From Sminthopsis crassicaudata (Eukaryota), in contig NC_133620.1 in assembly GCF_048593235.1 (NCBI RefSeq), positions 200,820,852 through 200,884,851 on the forward strand: DNA of 64,000 bases, given 5' to 3'. Positions 62,286-64,000 of the stretch are shown here, piece by piece. The notes under the pieces were generated by a model, which did not search any database, had not been told where the DNA came from, and was given only the letters and a program-made list of their open reading frames with translations. Within the stretch, counting starts at the first letter, position 1. Each line of letters opens with the position of its first letter. Position numbers and translations under genes: made by a program.

Positions 62286-63374
62286 AATAGGTGGATTTTG
62301 TAATGGGCCAGAGACTTGAATATAGATGCAATGTGTAAATCCTGAGCATACTTTAAGTGTGGATTTTCTTTATTTCTTTTTATATGATATCTGGGATTAA
62401 AAAAGCAATAGAAGTATTAATAATTTACTTTTGGAAACCTTTTGAAAGTAACTGGGACATAAATATACTAAAAGAGAATGGTGACATCTGGATAGATGAG
62501 GTTTTTTTTCTCCCCTGATATGATGTGACATTTTCAAACATAGTCAAATATATATGCAGACTAAAGAATGCACATCCTATATACGAGGTATGTAGGTATG
62601 ACATAACATATGTTCTGTCCAAAATTCAAAAGGAGTAAAAAAAAAAGATACTCCAACTAATGAACAGGGCAACCCTGTCCAGAATCCTAATGGCTTCTCA
62701 ATGAGGTAAACAATGACTCTTAATTAGAAGCTAAAAATTTTAATTAAGATGATTCTGCAGTAATTATCTCAGTTGTCTGCTTCAGTGGATTTTAATGAAA
62801 AAGATTGATTAGGTATAAAACCAGTAGCATAATTAAACATTCAGGGTCTGCATTGGTTATTGAGGTGAAAGTAATATGGTTAACTTCCAAAGTGCATTTT
62901 TCCACAAATGATGTTAGTTAGATGGGAAATTCTAGTATCCGGAGGCTCCATTCTTAATGGGGAGTTCTTGTACAAATCATTTCAGGGAAATTCAGACTAT
63001 AATAAATGAAAATGTAAAAAACATTTGAAAGCAAAGTAAAAATGTTGCTACCACTGTATATTGAGGACCATGTTAACATATACAACGTTTTTATGAAGTA
63101 CCTAACCATTTTCTGGCTACTGGTTTAAAAAAAAAAATCTGAGACTTGGTTATTGTGGGATTTGTCTGTGATGATAAATCTAATAAATGCCAGGAGTAAG
63201 ATTTGGATCCCTATCTACTTGAGCCTCAAGTCTAACATATTTTCCACTATGCCATACTTTTCCCCACTAGTTTTCATGTCAATATGTGATAAATATTTTA
63301 AGTCATTCATTTAGGTCAGTTGATTAATTGGTTTCTCCCTGCCTTCTTCCATCCCTGATCAATTATCATCATAG

Positions 63375-63760
63375 AAAGAGTTAGGGAGCACGATAGATAA
63401 AATACTGGAATTGGAATCAGGAGGAACTGAGTTCAAATCCAGCTTCAGACACTTAACTACTTCTGTGATCTGAACAAATCATATATTTTTTATTTCCATA
63501 GTAAATGCCATTTAAATGTTTGCTATTATAATTAGCTATTACATGAATTGCTGGAGACCTTTATTATTTGTGCCATCCTAAATCTCTTGGAGTTTCAGTT
63601 ACTTTATATATAAAATAAAAGAGTTGGACTTAATCTAACTCTATGAACTAAGGATTCAAACAGATCAGAGAATGTGGATATTTTGGGCAAGACATTTAAT
63701 CTCTCTGATCATTCATTTGTAAAATGAGAGAGATTGTACTAGATGGTCTTTGAGATCTTT
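63375..63760 (+). mobile_element. Cluster of MIR fragments
   Basis: Head ggaatcaggaggaactgagttcaaatccagc plus two core/tail pieces. Confidence 0.65.
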
Positions 63761-64000
63761 TTCATTTCTAAGTGGAACTAAATGGAACTCCCACAAAACC
63801 ACCACCACAAAGCCTAAAGCAAAGGGAAAACAAGAAGTTGACTGTAAGTCATATTTTGTAATTGTTAGTATCTAAATAAAGGAAAATAAGTAACTTAAAT
63901 GTTTAGCTCTCTGTGTGTCTCTTTCAATGTGCATAAAAGTACATATATTGACATATATACACATGCACACACATATGTATTCTTTATTTAAAGATGAATA

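Overview
AT-rich, strongly CpG-depleted eukaryotic DNA from a draft assembly with four N gaps. The repeat content (WSINE1, MAR1/MIR SINEs, marsupial-type L1, L2, L3/CR1, RTE, hAT MITEs) points to a marsupial, most likely a dasyuromorph; this assignment is from recognising repeat families, not from a search. Much of the window is decayed transposable elements and simple repeats, separated by several repeat-poor islands. I found no protein-coding gene I can name, no rRNA/tRNA gene, no CRISPR array and no CpG island, so this looks like a large intron or intergenic region. The only ORFs with recognisable homology are L1 ORF1/ORF2 remnants and frameshifted L3/L2 RT remnants. I found no convincing new multi-gene system. 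The best leads are mechanistic footprints: a WSINE1 carrying a 3' tag, T8 terminator and TSD beyond its tail; a 52-bp templated insertion into a MAR1 SINE copied from 1.1 kb away; a 163-nt segment closed by a perfect 15-bp inverted repeat inside a candidate last exon; a 26-bp perfect palindrome in an L1 3'UTR; an internally deleted L1; and a few unverified exon candidates, one ending in a PDZ-type motif (-STRL). Repeat boundaries are approximate unless a TSD is given.
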